A DNA stretch of 64,000 nt, from assembly GCA_025201805.1 (NCBI GenBank), contig MU619333.1, positions 41,161 through 105,160 on the forward strand, in the 5' to 3' direction. Below the pieces are notes generated by a model, which ran no database searches, was not told the DNA's origin, and saw nothing but the letters and a program-made list of their open reading frames with translations. Position numbers and translations under genes: made by a program. Positions 13,502-26,360 of the stretch are shown in pieces. Position 1 is the first letter of the stretch. Each line of letters opens with the position of its first letter. The DNA comes from Parasitella parasitica NRRL 2501. Its lineage: Eukaryota > Fungi > Mucoromycota.

Positions 13502-14755
13502 ATGAAGAGATATTTCTCATTTCTTTTAGCATTCATTCAGCTAGTTTTTGTTGGTGTTTTACTAGCACAAACAGATCCCAAGAAAGACAAACTTAAAGCA
13601 CTCTCAGAGGCCAACAATGGTGTTATCAACCTGAATTCCAACAGTTACGATCGTTTTACAGAGGGAAAGCGTGACTATGGCATGGTTGTATTGCTGACAG
13701 CTCTTGATGGTCAATTTAACTGTGTTCCTTGTCGGTAAGAATGCGCTTGCTCATCGTTCAATACCAATGTTAAACAAAACGACGCGTATAATCACCATAG
13801 TGAATTTGACCCCGAGTATTCCTTAGTTGCAAAGAGTTTCCAGAGGAGCAAGAAGGGGAAGGATCTCTTTTTTGGGCACTTGGATTTCAAAGATGGTCAA
13901 GCTGTTTATCAAAAAGTAAACTTGTAGTTTAAAGCAAATTGGAAAAATCTAAACATATTTTATAGCTCCAGCTCATGTCAGCTCCCAATGTGTTTTATTT
14001 CCCTCCTCAAAAAGCGGGCGAGCGTAAGGATTTTGTCAAATATGATTTAGGTAGAAGGTAGCTTTCAATAGTTTATGCAGCATCTTTTTCGATTCATTAA
14101 TGTTTTCGCTGGCATATTAGTGGATTTTCTGCAGAGAATTTTGCAGAGTTTTTGAGCAGAGAAAGTGGCCACAACATTTCTGTTGCTCGTCCTATCAATT
14201 ATTTCAAGCTTGGAGCGAAACTTTTCTTGGCTGTTGGTGCTGCTGCTGTTCTTAAACTCTTGTATCGTCATATTGGATTTGTATTCTACCACAAGAACAC
14301 CTGGGCTACTCTTTCCATTCTGTTCATCTTGACTTTTACCTCGGGCTACATGTGGAATCGTATTCGAACACCTCCATTTGTTATGCCAGGTAAAAATGGG
14401 GATATTAACTATATTGCATCGGGGTAAGTGACATCTTCCCATTTGTAGCATAATCTAACTTTTCGCATAGCTTCTCAACTCAACTTGGAGTTGAACCACA
14501 AATTGTAGCCAGTATCTGTAAGCTGATTGTGCCAGAGCAGTTGTCTATGACAAAACTAACCTATTCTGTACATTAGACGGCCTTCTTGCTTTTTCCATTA
14601 TAGCTTTGATTAAATCAGTCCCTCAATTCGATGATCAAACTCGTCAACGTTTCGGTGTCTATATTTGGATGGGATGCATTATCTTTATTTTCAGTGCGTT
14701 ACTTGCACTATTCAAAGTCAAAAATGGAGGATATCCTTTCAAACTTCTCATCTAG
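13502..14755 (+). CDS. OST3: Oligosaccharyltransferase subunit OST3/OST6 (MAGT1/TUSC3 family), multi-exon
   Basis: Signal peptide, thioredoxin-like CVPC, SGYMWNRIR motif, QLGVE, C-terminal YPFKLLI, several TM segments. Confidence 0.92.
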
Positions 14756-14878
14756 ATTCCATGTATTTTAACTGTTTTTTTTTGGGAATAAATTGCTTTT
14801 TTTTTAAAAAGTTTTATTATGATAAACGTTAATGATTCTATGAGAAATGGTATTTAAACTATATTATAATACTTTTCT

Positions 14879-15591
14879 TTACTCGTTTCTTCCTTTTTCT
14901 TTCTCTTCTAACTCTTCCCCAGACTCTTCTTCAGACTCTTCATTTTCCTCATCCAAATCGCTATCTTCAAAATCGAAATCGCTGTCCTCATTCTTGTTAA
15001 TAATACCGGACACATCATCGCCTCTTTCCATTTTACGCATATAACTTTTTCTTTGACGAAGAGTCATTCTACTCAACATCCGCTCCATCTCTTGTCCTTC
15101 CCTCATCTCATCAGCATTTGTTTTTATCTCATCTTTGCTATAAAATTAATTGCATGTAAGAAAGAAATAAATTACAAACAATCATTGATTGCACTTACGA
15201 CACAAGAATTTCCTTTGTTTCTTTACATTTGGCACAAACACCCTTGCTTCTGGCGCAATTGTCGCAGAGAACATGATATGCTTCTTTAATAGCTTTTTCT
15301 TGGCAACATGTACTGTAAATTTTCATGAGTAAGCACAAAAACATGATGGAATCTTTAATGTGTAGCCTACCATCTTTTGACAGTTGTCAAAGGCTTGTAC
15401 TTTTCATATTTTTTACGCCATAAGATGATTTCGGTACAACGCTGGCAGAGGCCATAGACTGGTAAAGCTGTAATCTTCCGGGACTTTTTGGAATTTTTGT
15501 TGTGCTTCCAACTTGTAGTATTCTGATGGGCTTGCCCCTTCTTGGCATTATTTCCTTTACGGTTTGAGCCCTTATTCTCGTATGTAGACAT
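14879..15591 (-). CDS. C9orf85/DUF2039-like Zn-binding protein with acidic tail, 3 exons
   Basis: QAHQNTTSWKHNKNS...CQRCTEIILWRKKYEKYKPL, followed after splicing by CTCCQ...YHVLCDNC...CAKC. Confidence 0.85.
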
Positions 15592-15779
15592 TCCAATCAA
15601 AAAATCAAGTACCCGAAAGACATTAGTTAGCGAGTATTTAAAAGCTTTGAAAGCAAACAAAAAGCAAATTAAATGATAAAGATTCAATATAGAAAAAAAA
15701 AAAAAAAAAAAAAAGTTTATTCATGTCTCCAGGTGTGCTTGCAACAGTCCGATTAGATGATTGCGAGTCACCGTTCAAA

Positions 15780-16452
15780 TCATTGTTCCTCATCAGCAAG
15801 GATGATTTCTTGCTCCAAGTCTGAGAAAATGTCAATGCCAGCTTCTAATGAATCAATTAAAATATTCAAACCAGGCCCATTGAGATTAGGTTCCTGTAAA
15901 AAGATGTTAGGGACTGTAAAAAGCAAATGTTAAAATACATTTTCATTACCTGTCTGATTTGATCCAAATCGGTACCAAATGCTTGAGTAATTCTGGTCAT
16001 GTAGAGATCTCTAAATTTCTTTGCTGTGTTTTGTTGTTTAACCGACACCACATGTGCTTCATCTTCAGCCATTTTATCTTCTTCGTCAGAATTCTCTTCT
16101 GCCTCCTCAACGTCCTCGTCTCGATTTTCATCTTCGTCGTCATCACCGTCTTCCTCATCTTCCTCATCTTCCTCATCTTCCTCATCTTCATCTTCATCGC
16201 CCTCATTCAAGCTATTTACAATATTATTCAGCTCATTAGGGTCCATTTGTTCGTCAAGGTTATCGAATAATCCTTCCTCTTGCTCATCTTCAAACTGATT
16301 AAATTAATTTTTAGAACAGCATTTGAAGCTCCTTTATTCACTGTTATTACCTGCTCCTCAACTGACTGGTATTTCAACGATTTTGCGGGTTTATCTTGTA
16401 ATTTTGAATTGGCAGCTCTTTTTTTGCCAGCGGCTGGTTTTGTTTGCACCAT
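15780..16452 (-). CDS. RSA3: Ribosome assembly protein 3 (RSA3)-like; introns 16295-16350 and 15894-15949
   Basis: Acidic central tract, then FRDLYMTRITQAFGTDLDQIRQEPNLNGPGLNILIDSLEAGIDIF, which resembles the RSA3 domain. Confidence 0.75.
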
Positions 16453-17209
16453 TGTATATGTGTTTAAATCTGATATACTAAATGAAAAGAAAAATTGAAG
16501 AAAAATATCTTGCGGCTGATGATAATCACAGTGACTAGCTTGTCATTCAAATGTGGCGGTCGTTGAGAAGTCGATCACCTAAAAAAAAAAACACTTCAGT
16601 TTTGCAAAAAGTAGGGATATAATCTCGAATCTTTTTACTCGACATGCAATAAACCAGGTAAAAGTGTAGCCCACAATACATCCTCTAGTTCATATGCTTT
16701 GGTCTGCAGAACTTTTTCAGTAATGTCTGATTTTTCTTTTAGTTTTTAGATAAACTCAGTTAATGAACAGAGAAGTTCATTTAGAATATTCGCAGCATTT
16801 AATATTCTTATACAGAAGAAGAATAAAGCTTTTTTACTCTCCAGTGCCGAAAAAACTGACGTCGGAATACAAATAATTTGACATCATATAACAAAAAAGG
16901 AAAATGTCCCTGAATTGAATCGGTGTTTCAATGTATCGGTCCTGAACCTGAGTTTCAGAAATGAAAGCTGCGCTGATATGGCGTTATAACCAAAAGGTCC
17001 CTCTATTTTGGAGCCTAGAAGCTTAAATAGAACAATACGGTGCATTTGGTTTTAATAGTTGAAAAACGAGTTATTATTGTTACAATGAGTTGTTTAAAAA
17101 AAAGTCACGTGAAAGAAAGCTGTACAAAAGAAATGAGAAAGAAGAATATGAGGGGGGGATAAAGTATAATATAAATCTAATAAACTACAGATAATGATGG
17201 ATGGATGAG

Positions 17210-18598
17210 TTAGGGAGGAGGTTGATGACCAGATTCCCAAAATATAGTGATTTCGCCATCTCCTATTGTGGATGAAGAATTTGAGCTTTGTATAGATACT
17301 TGGCTTGAGTTGTGTAGCACTGGTGGAGGTGGGACTGGTGGACAGAAATAAACATCAATTCGATCGCTCTGATCATCTTCAGTAGATATATCTTGTGATG
17401 AGACCTCGAAAGGTGGGTGCTGCTGCTCATCAATAACAGTTCGAATGGATCTCTTTCGAGTGACGCCGCCTTCTTTACTAGTTATGGTATTAATTCGTAC
17501 CATAGTCGGTTTAGCGCAAACGACGTTGACATCTTCCGAATTGACACTACCAACACGGGTTATAGAACTAGAGTGAGAAGCGGTCGAATTGTTCTTTTTG
17601 ACTGAAACAGCCCTTCTTATTGTCACTTGGTCCTTTTCATCACCGCTGTTGTCATCGTCGTCATGAGCGTGTTGTATATCGCCCGAACGGCTTTTCACGG
17701 GTATAGGGCGATGATCGTACTTGGTGACCTTGACAGAAGAGGCCCGACTCAAATAATTTCCATTGTCTGTGATTATCGTTGGCTGAATATTAAGTGATCG
17801 TCGAATTAAAGTAGCACTGGATGGATTAGACGGATCGGGTGAGTCAAGATGCGGTATTTGAAGAGATTGAGCGCCTATGATGAAAGGTGATTGGGGATGA
17901 TCGTAATCAACGATATCAATAGCCTAGTATATAGAAATTAGTAATGAAAACTAAAACAGATATATTTAACAGCCCCTAAGTTTGTCAATGATTCCAAGAA
18001 AGGAAACATCCCAAGAGCCTCCTTAAATATTTACCTGTTGATGCCAATGATTTGAAATTGGTGTAGCAGACGATGAGGTAGAAAATTCAGAGATAGGGGG
18101 TAGCACTGATATAGCTTTTAATGATGAAGAATGATGTTGAGGTGGTACAGTGCTGATATCAGATATAATGATGGGTGATTGTGGTGGTATATACGTTTTT
18201 TTTTCGTCTTGTTGTTGTAATAGTATTTTCTGTAGTTTCCGTCGTCTATGAAATACAAATCCTGCTATAGTTACTGCAATCAGGGCGAGGACCACGAGAC
18301 CAGTTGTTAAACCAGCTATCAACGCGGTTTGTTGCTTATTATTGCTGTTATTATTAGAACCTGCTTCGAAATCAGTTGCTGAAATTTGCAATTGATTCCT
18401 ATCGGTGCAGTAAGCCGGTGGACAAGTATCACATTCCGTCACTAGTTTGTATTCACATATTTGATCAGTACTACATGCTGGCGTACACTCTTCTTTGCAT
18501 GACCGAGGTGGATTGCAGGAATTTAAGTTTGTGGTTTGTTGCGTTAGGTTGAAATTTCGAGCGATTATCCTGCTGGTTTCTATATAGTAGCAAGACAT
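17210..18598 (-). CDS. OPY2: Opy2-like single-pass membrane anchor; intron about 17924-18034
   Basis: N-terminal Cys-rich CKEECTPACSTDQIC...ECDTCPPAYC, a TM helix followed by HRRRK, and a long Ser-rich cytoplasmic tail. The splice restores the frame. Confidence 0.7.
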
Positions 18599-19325
18599 GT
18601 CAATCAGTCAATTATATATATATAATGTTACATCCACATACTCTTTATTCTCTTGTGATTATACATTCTATTGTTATATACATGTAGAAAAAATAGTAGA
18701 AAGAGGAATATCTATGGCCAAGCAAAAGAAGGAAAAGAAAGAAGCGGAAAAGAAGGGAGTTGTAAAGTACAACTTTGTATAGTGGTGTGTTTTGTGCTTT
18801 TGAATGCGTACGCTGTGCGTCAAAAAGGTCACAGCCCTTTCAAAAAGATGGACCCGGTTCTCTGTAACACAGACATGCCTTTACCATAACGTTGTAGGAT
18901 CACGATACCTCGAAAAATGATGCACTACACTTATGCTGACAACGATCGCCTTAATATTTTGTGCCAAGATTTATAACAAGCCTCGTTGCTATTGAAAACG
19001 AAAAGAAACATTCTGACATTTGAGGATAGAAAGATTTACGTTTGTGCATGTACAGTTTTTTTTTCACCGAGTTGAATCAAGGTAGCCCAAATAAGTCTGT
19101 TTTCCTGGAAAGAATATCTTGAGGTTTTGTGTGTACTCTATCTTGGTTTATTTCTCACATATATCAAAAGAATTAGGAAGTTTGTGGCATACTACTCTAA
19201 GGTGTTTGTTTTGTACATTTGAGCATAAGCCTCAAGGGGTGATCGAATTGACGGATTTACGAGATTTTTAAGTTAGTATTGATCGTTTCAATGTTTAATT
19301 TTGTTGTATTCTTTTTACAACGCAC

Positions 19326-19466
19326 ATGAAGCCAAGACCAAACAATTTGTGTTCAATCCAGTTTCATATTATAGGAAACGAGACTTTAATGCAAGATTTT
19401 ATGGATAATCATCTAGATGTCCTGTTTGGCGTGGCGTTAGAGGAGGTGCGGGCGTGCGTATAACCT

Positions 19467-19529
<63 letters not shown>

Positions 19530-19941
19530 AGACAGGAGCCATTTTCCTATATACTTGCGAGTACAACTACACATTAAAGAAGTATCAATAGGTCAAACTT
19601 ATTTCTCAATATATGTATAATGCAAGCAAGCACATGAAATCGCCCATAATGCACGTCTATCCTAATTATTATTCTCCTTATTTTGTTGGACATGATAGGT
19701 CTAACGAAAATAGTAAAAATATCGACTTGGAAACTCAAGAATCCATTCGAGTACTAGAAGACATATTAAGTGACGATGCGAAGTTAAGGGCATTACTATC
19801 AAAAAAGCCTGATTTATTTAGTATTTCTGAGAAAGCAAGAATGCAGACTTATCTTTCTGCCAAACCGTAAGTTTTGCTGTTTAAAACTATTGAAAGATTA
19901 CTGCAACCATTTTCACAATCTATCGCAGAAAGCTCAAGTAA
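19326..19941 (+). CDS. Hypothetical small spliced protein (4 exons, 5' end uncertain)
   Basis: Exons 19326-19445, 19532-about 19581, about 19627-19866 and 19929-19941 join in frame through GT-AG introns. No recognised family. Confidence 0.45.
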
Positions 19942-20400
19942 GATACAACTAATTCCAATGAAGAGAGAAACAAATTGTCATGAATAATTTAGAGGATTTT
20001 GTATTAGCAGTAGTAGCTATTTCATCTTCCTATCTTTTTTAAGAGAATGATTTGATGAGATAAAGAATTTTGAACATACTACGAATTGTTTCTTTAAAGC
20101 ATCTCATTATTCCAAATAAAATTATAATTCAAGTTCTCTTCTTATCTCTCCTTATCCGAGCAAAGTAACGAACGACTTCCATTTGGGCTATGCTTAAATG
20201 TTGATCATTATTTGAAACCTTTTTTCCATTTTGGCTCTTTCACGAGGGTCACAGCTATTGTTCTTGATTGGAGAGCGGCAGTTATCTCATGACAGATAAA
20301 GAAAAATGTTATATAGTTGTGTGCCTTTCCACCTCTTTTGTACTATCATTATTTTATTTTTTGCCTTTCATGAACCAATAGAGACAGCTACGACTTAAAT

Positions 20401-21979
20401 ATGAAGTTTGGAAAGCAAATGGAGACAGCAGCATTTGATCTTCCAGAAAACTGGAGACCACATCTTATTCATTATAAAACATTGAAAAAATCCATCAGAC
20501 TAGTGGTAGATGAACTCGAATCTAGAGGCCTCTCAACAGAATGGCTGAATACTTTAGATACAGACAAAGCAATGCAACTAGATTATGTGTTTGATGGTAA
20601 CTATAGCTAATCATCACTTATATCTTGACTGAGTCAAAAAATGTTGTTTTTAGGTGATGTAAAAGACCCTCACCCTTGTATTAAAATTACTATCGATGAT
20701 CCCACCTCCATAGCAACCGGAGAAGAGCCGGCTCTGCTGAAGTTTATACCATTAACCAAGCAATTAAACACGGAACCACTGTCCATCAAAATCGAGCTTG
20801 TTCGTGATACTGAATTCTTTCATCTGCTTATACATGAACTCTCGCATGCCGCTGCTCTTCATGATAAAGAAAAAAGTAGATTTATTGGTGATGTGGATAC
20901 TTTGGAAGGCCAATTAACAATTGCAGTAATATACTTGTTTGTGATTTTTAACTGATATAACATGAAGTTAATATTCCCATGTTAGGCATCTCCACAAAAG
21001 AAAGATTTATACACCTGGAGGGAAATTTTCAATTTGTATACAAAAGCTCAGATATTTAGAAACGAAACTGAAGGCCAATATTCACCTCAATCTCATGAGA
21101 GAAGTCAACAAAAGTTTCAGTGGTTTACAAGAGAATTGGCCAGAATGAACTTGGTAAGACTGGATGTATATTTATTTGGAAGAATATGGTCCACTTACAA
21201 TTATCCAGACAAAAAAGCTATCGTCCAGACACTCCAAGAAGGCCATAACTCAATTTTTGGCCATAAATGCTCAATTAGTTCATTTCAAGCATTTCCAGTC
21301 ATTAAATCAGACTGCAATGATAAAGATCCTCAAGAAACACGACAAAAGAAGTGGGTTAAGGTAGTTGGTAAATAATCAGGCTCACAAGTCATTATTTAAC
21401 CAATCTTGTATTTACGTCTAGTGCTACTTCAGAGTTTCCTTCTTTTGCTAAGGATAATGCTATTTTTGTCGAAGGAATTTTGCAGTCTTTGTTCAATGCG
21501 ATTCAAACTAAATTGGTTACAATTGTTCCGCAACCAGATGATTATGATTGCCCTGTTTGTTTTTGTAAGTACCTCCTTGCTTTATTACTGAATTTTCCTA
21601 AAAATTACATGTGTATATACGTGAAGCTATCGCTTGGCGACCTATTCGATTAGAATGCGGACACGTCTTTTGCGTCAGATGCTTAATCAAAGCACATAGA
21701 AAACGCCTATATGATTGCCCCATCTGCCGACAGGATCATGCAGTAGGTAATGCTGATGCAAACAATTTGGATCATACTTTACAAAACTTCATGTTGCTTT
21801 ACTTTCCCAAAGAAATCAAGGAGAAGCGTAAAGAAAACGAACAAGATCAAGCGTCTATCAATAGACAACAACGTGTAAAGTATAATCCACCCTCTCGCAG
21901 AATGGGACATGCTTCATCTACAATTGCTCCAGGCAACTCGACGGTATCATCTCACAGTTCTAATTGTAATATTATGTAA
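20401..21979 (+). CDS. SPX-RING E3 ubiquitin ligase (S. pombe Pqr1/Spx1, plant NLA-like), multi-exon
   Basis: MKFGK...YKTLKKSI SPX start, NQTAMIKILKKHDK SPX end, C3HC4 RING CPVC...CGHVFCVRC...CPICR. Confidence 0.92.
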
Positions 21980-22616
21980 AAACACACTATCACTATCACA
22001 TCTTAATCCCGTAATTTTGTAAATATATTACCAATATTTTTTTAGTCTTTCATATTAATACATCATCCAAGAATAAGCGTTTATTGAGTGACCATATGTT
22101 GATCGTCGGATTTGTGATGAGACATGTCATTAGTGTACGATCAGTATTAGCTTATTTGACATCCGACGTAACTAATTTTAGACTCTTGAAGTAGTGTTGC
22201 GTGTTGTGAGCTTCGGCAACGCAAAGCGTTAAATACTTGATCGTATAGCATCAACTTAAAGTTTATATGTTGATTACAAAAACTGTAATGTTCAATTGAT
22301 GTTACAGGAATAAAAAGTATAGGTACCAGAAGCATTGGTAGATTGAAATTCATGAAATTTTAATTATCTCTGACTAGAATGGTACGTCTTCTTCCGTAAA
22401 TTCTGCAACAGTGATGGTGAGGTACCCAGCTTCAAGAAATATCCAAGGCCTATATCACTGCTAGTTCGAATTGACATGGAACTTTAAGCTTAGGATGAAA
22501 GCAAACAACAAAGCCACTTGATGGACCGGATTACTTTGCTCGGAGTATGGAGATTCTAAACAAGACAAAAGTGAAATCAGAATGCAGAAACATCAAGTTC
22601 CTTCTCTAAATACACC

Positions 22617-23509
22617 ATGGGTAAATTGACACTATAGTCTATCCATCAAGACATCCATCCATGAAAGATTAATATCAATCCATTATTATAATAGGTATCA
22701 GTCGTGATTCTCGTCACAAGCGTAGCGCTACCGGTGCTAGACGTGATCAATACAGAAAGAAGAGAAAGTAAGATTTTTTGCCTTCGACAGTCTAAGAAGA
22801 GATATTGATATATAAAAAACGAAAAAAATAGGTTCGAGTTAGGTCGTCAATCTGCCAACACCAAGTTGGGTGGAAAGCGTATTCATCTTGTCCGTGTCCG
22901 TGGTGGTAACTTCAAGCGTCGTGCTCTCCGTCTTGAATCTGGTAACTTCTCCTGGGGTTCCGAAGGTATCTCTCGCAAGACTCGTGCTTTGACCGTTGTC
23001 TATAACGCTTCCAACAACGAGTTGGTTCGTACCAACACTCTCGTTAAGGGTGCTGTCATCCAAATTGATGCCACCCCCTTCCGTCAATGGTACGAATCTC
23101 ACTACGCCATCAACCTCGGCAAGAAGTCTGCCGATGCTGTAAGTTTTATCGAAAGAAAAAAAAATGTATGCGGATGTCATGTATATTTATATTGTGTATG
23201 TGTGTGTTTTTTTTTCAGGAAACCGCTACTGAGAAGAAGTCCAAGAGCGTCGAAAAGAAGATTGCTGCTCGTGCTGCTACTGCTGCTATCGATCCTCTTT
23301 TGAATGATCAATTCAATGCCGGTCGTCTCTACGCTGTCATTGCTTCTCGTCCTGGTCAATCTGGTCGCTGTGATGGTTATATTCTTGAGGGTAAGGAACT
23401 CGAGTTCTACCTCCGTAAGATCAAGGTAAGGATTTTGACAGGTCTAATATTAAATGGTTGCTATGGATACTAATTTCTCTTAATTTAATAGTCCAAGAAG
23501 CACCATTAA
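22617..23509 (+). CDS. RPS8: 40S ribosomal protein S8 (eS8), 5 exons
   Basis: [11 protein letters not shown]...[14 protein letters not shown]...[19 protein letters not shown], with highly biased codons. Confidence 0.98.
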
Positions 23510-23870
23510 GTTTCTTAATTTTCATTTATAAAAATAAAAAAGCTTTATATTCACTGGTTTTTTTGATAAAAAAAATCCCAAAGTTTATACTATTTATCGA
23601 ATTATCTCATCAATAATATTTGATTAATTCAATATCTGGATTGCGTTGATGAAAATTGTGTACTTTGTTGTTTCTGTATCTTTGCTTATGAATCTGAGCC
23701 ATTATAAAAATTTTGCCTGTGTAGCCCAAGTTAGCTTTTCTTTGACAGATCCCGGTCCGAGCTTAGTCGATGTGCTGAATAAAAGTAAGAGCCGGCCTAC
23801 CAAATTTATCATCGAGTCGATAAGCTATAGGCGTTGATTCTCCCTCTTTTAGCTTCAATATAGTCCAACA

Positions 23871-24730
23871 ATGGTATGTTGAACATCAATTATATGTATA
23901 TAGACTTGGCTTTAAGAATGTATGGGGATACAACGTATAATGGATGGATGGATCTTTAATATTATGGATCAATGTTTTGTGTTTCTCTTCAGTTGGATGT
24001 GAGCGGTGAACGACAATGACTGCTACTGAAGCAATTATATGATACATGCCAACACCATTACTTCAATATTTGTACCTGTTTCTCATACATTCAAAAAAAA
24101 AAAAGCACTGGATATTTACATGTATTTGTAAAAAAAAACAAGTGGATATTTTCACGGAATTGCATAAATGCTAACCATATTAATGGAATGTAGAGCGCCG
24201 AAGAACAGAAGGTTACCAAGAACCCCATGCGCAACCTCCAAATTGAGAAATTAGTTCTCAACATTTGTGTTGGTGAATCTGGTGATAGACTTACCCGTGC
24301 TGCCAAGGTTTTGGAACAATTGACTGGTCAAACACCCGTCTACTCCAAGGCTCGTTACACTGTCCGTACTTTCTCTATTCGTCGTAACGAAAAAATCTCT
24401 GTTCATGTCACTGTCCGTGGTCCCAAGGCTGAGGAGATCCTCGAACGTGGTTTGAAGGTCAAGGAATATGAACTCAAGGCCCGTAACTTTTCTCAAACCG
24501 GTAACTTTGGTTTCGGTATCGACGAACACATTGATTTGGGCATCAAGTATGATCCTTCCATTGGTATCTACGGTATGGATTACTACGTTGTCATGGGCCG
24601 TCCTGGTAACCGTGTCGCTCGCAGAAAGCACTGCAAAGCCAAGGTTGGTGTCAAGCATCAAATAAAGAAGGAGGAAGCTATGGAATGGTTCAAGACACGT
24701 TTCGATGGCTCTATTTCTTTCAAGGCTTAA
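23871..24730 (+). CDS. RPL11: 60S ribosomal protein L11 (uL5); ATG-only exon 1, intron 23874-24193
   Basis: [25 protein letters not shown]...[27 protein letters not shown]. Confidence 0.98.
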
Positions 24731-24831
24731 ATATTTTTTTATATACAATAAAAATCCAGAGATCATTTATACTTTTATTACTTGTATGATTATCTTGTAT
24801 TGGTGTGAGAAATGAAGGGTATTTTCTTGCT

Positions 24832-25104
24832 TTATTCGTGGGGTGCTTTGGCTGTTTGCCATGGTGTTCGATCCATTGGACAGCTTTCCTCTCTAGTGGA
24901 ACTTTGGAACCAGGTCTCGATACAATGAAGATGAAAAACATGGCTACATTCTCCCCAAATGAGAGGGCAATCATCGCCAGGTCTTTTACAATTGGGACAA
25001 CAGCCGTCATAGTCAGAATGGCAGATACCACACACATCATCTTCGTCTTTCACATCCCAGCTCCATTGAGCAGCCATAGTCCATGATACAATATTAATTT
25101 TCAT
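24832..25104 (-). CDS. APC11: Anaphase-promoting complex RING subunit 11
   Basis: WSWD...CGIC...DGCCPNCKRPGDDCPLIWGECSHVFHLHCI RING-H2 signature. Confidence 0.95.
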   Translation of the reverse strand: MKINIVSWTMAAQWSWDVKDEDDVCGICHSDYDGCCPNCKRPGDDCPLIWGECSHVFHLHCIETWFQSSTREESCPMDRTPWQTAKAPHE

Positions 25105-25677
25105 TGTGTAAAAATGATGCAGTTCGTGTTCAAAAACATTGAACAACTTTGACGTCTTTTTGCCGGTACCGTATCAATTGGGCGTCACAGTAATGCCTGG
25201 TGCAGTGCACATGTTGTACTGGAGTAGGGTACCATGGTACCAATGAATGGACGTGATTCCGATTTCATACGATACTCCACTGTAAGGTAATGGCCTGTAC
25301 AGTCGAAGAAAAAAATTTGCATTTTTGCAATATTTTTCTCTACATTTCTGGAATAGACTTGATTTTTTTTTACCAGTGAATTACATTCATACAAGGGCTG
25401 ATGTGTACTGTGTGCATTTCACACAGACTTGGTAATTGGATGGAGTAAAACTTTCACCGTGCGATGAGCTACAAACAAAATGTACACCTGTGAACGTAAG
25501 GTGCACATAAAAAAACATGCTACGATGGCGTATGTAACGTTTCTTTATTGAGGAAATGTGCCGAAGACAGGGAAAATCGGCGTTGATTGTGATTCATTAT
25601 TCTTACGACTCAGGGGACGTTTGTCTTGTTGAAATTACCAGGCAAAGATGAGATCAGGGGATACTTGTCTCGCATAA

Positions 25678-26360
25678 TTATCTGGCAATGCTACACCATT
25701 TAAAGGAGAAATGGATTAAGATTGCTCTTTGGGAAGCCCTGACTTGATTTGTATTCAAGGTAGCGATTGCCTCTACAGCAGGAATAGCCGTAGGTTCAAT
25801 AAGATTCGACAACGGATACTGTAGCTGTTTGAGGTCTACCCGCTGCATTGAAAGCACTGTATTGTTTACCACTCCTTAATGCCAACCAAAGAATAAAGTT
25901 GGACCGAAACAGCCATTAATAGCCGTTTTAAAGTTGATGGTATTATTCAGGATACGAGCAACAAAATTGCTTTGGATAGTACTCATTACAATGGAGATAC
26001 TAAACAATAGGTGAGCATTGACGATGGCGTGCCATTTAAAATTGTCTTGTTCCTTCGAGAAATAATATTATCCTGATAAACACCCTTCTGTACTAGTCTA
26101 GCCAGTGCATTAATGTGTTCGTTGATAACATTAGGATGGACAAGGTTTTGTGATACCTTACAAAGGATGTTGTTGAACTCTTGAGCAAAATCAGGGACTC
26201 GCAGGGTCTCATTTAATAAGGGGTGAGCATCATGGAGCCTAAGGGAACTGCTAGCATTACCGATCCACATGTCAGTTAAAGAGTAAAAAGCGGTATTTCC
26301 ATAATATTTTCCATGGTGAATCAAATAAAAACGAGATTTGATCTATTGTTATATATCCAT
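25678..26360 (-). pseudogene. Possible decayed gene of unknown family
   Basis: Consecutive protein-like ORFs of 112 and 64 aa interrupted by stops. No family recognised. Confidence 0.25.

Noticed and set aside
15959-16298. Multiple overlapping poly-Ser/His/Met ORFs
   Set aside because: They are alternate frames of the acidic GAR/GAT repeat in the RSA3-like gene.
20155-22544. Exact inverted 14-mer TCCGAGCAAAGTAA (20155-20168 and 22531-22544) flanking the SPX-RING gene, as TIRs or a shared promoter motif
   Set aside because: No TSD, the enclosed gene is a conserved host gene, and 14-mer matches are expected by chance at this scale. A promoter-motif role is not excluded.
22839-24766. Long antisense ORFs over RPS8 and RPL11
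   Set aside because: A typical by-product of strong codon bias in highly expressed genes.
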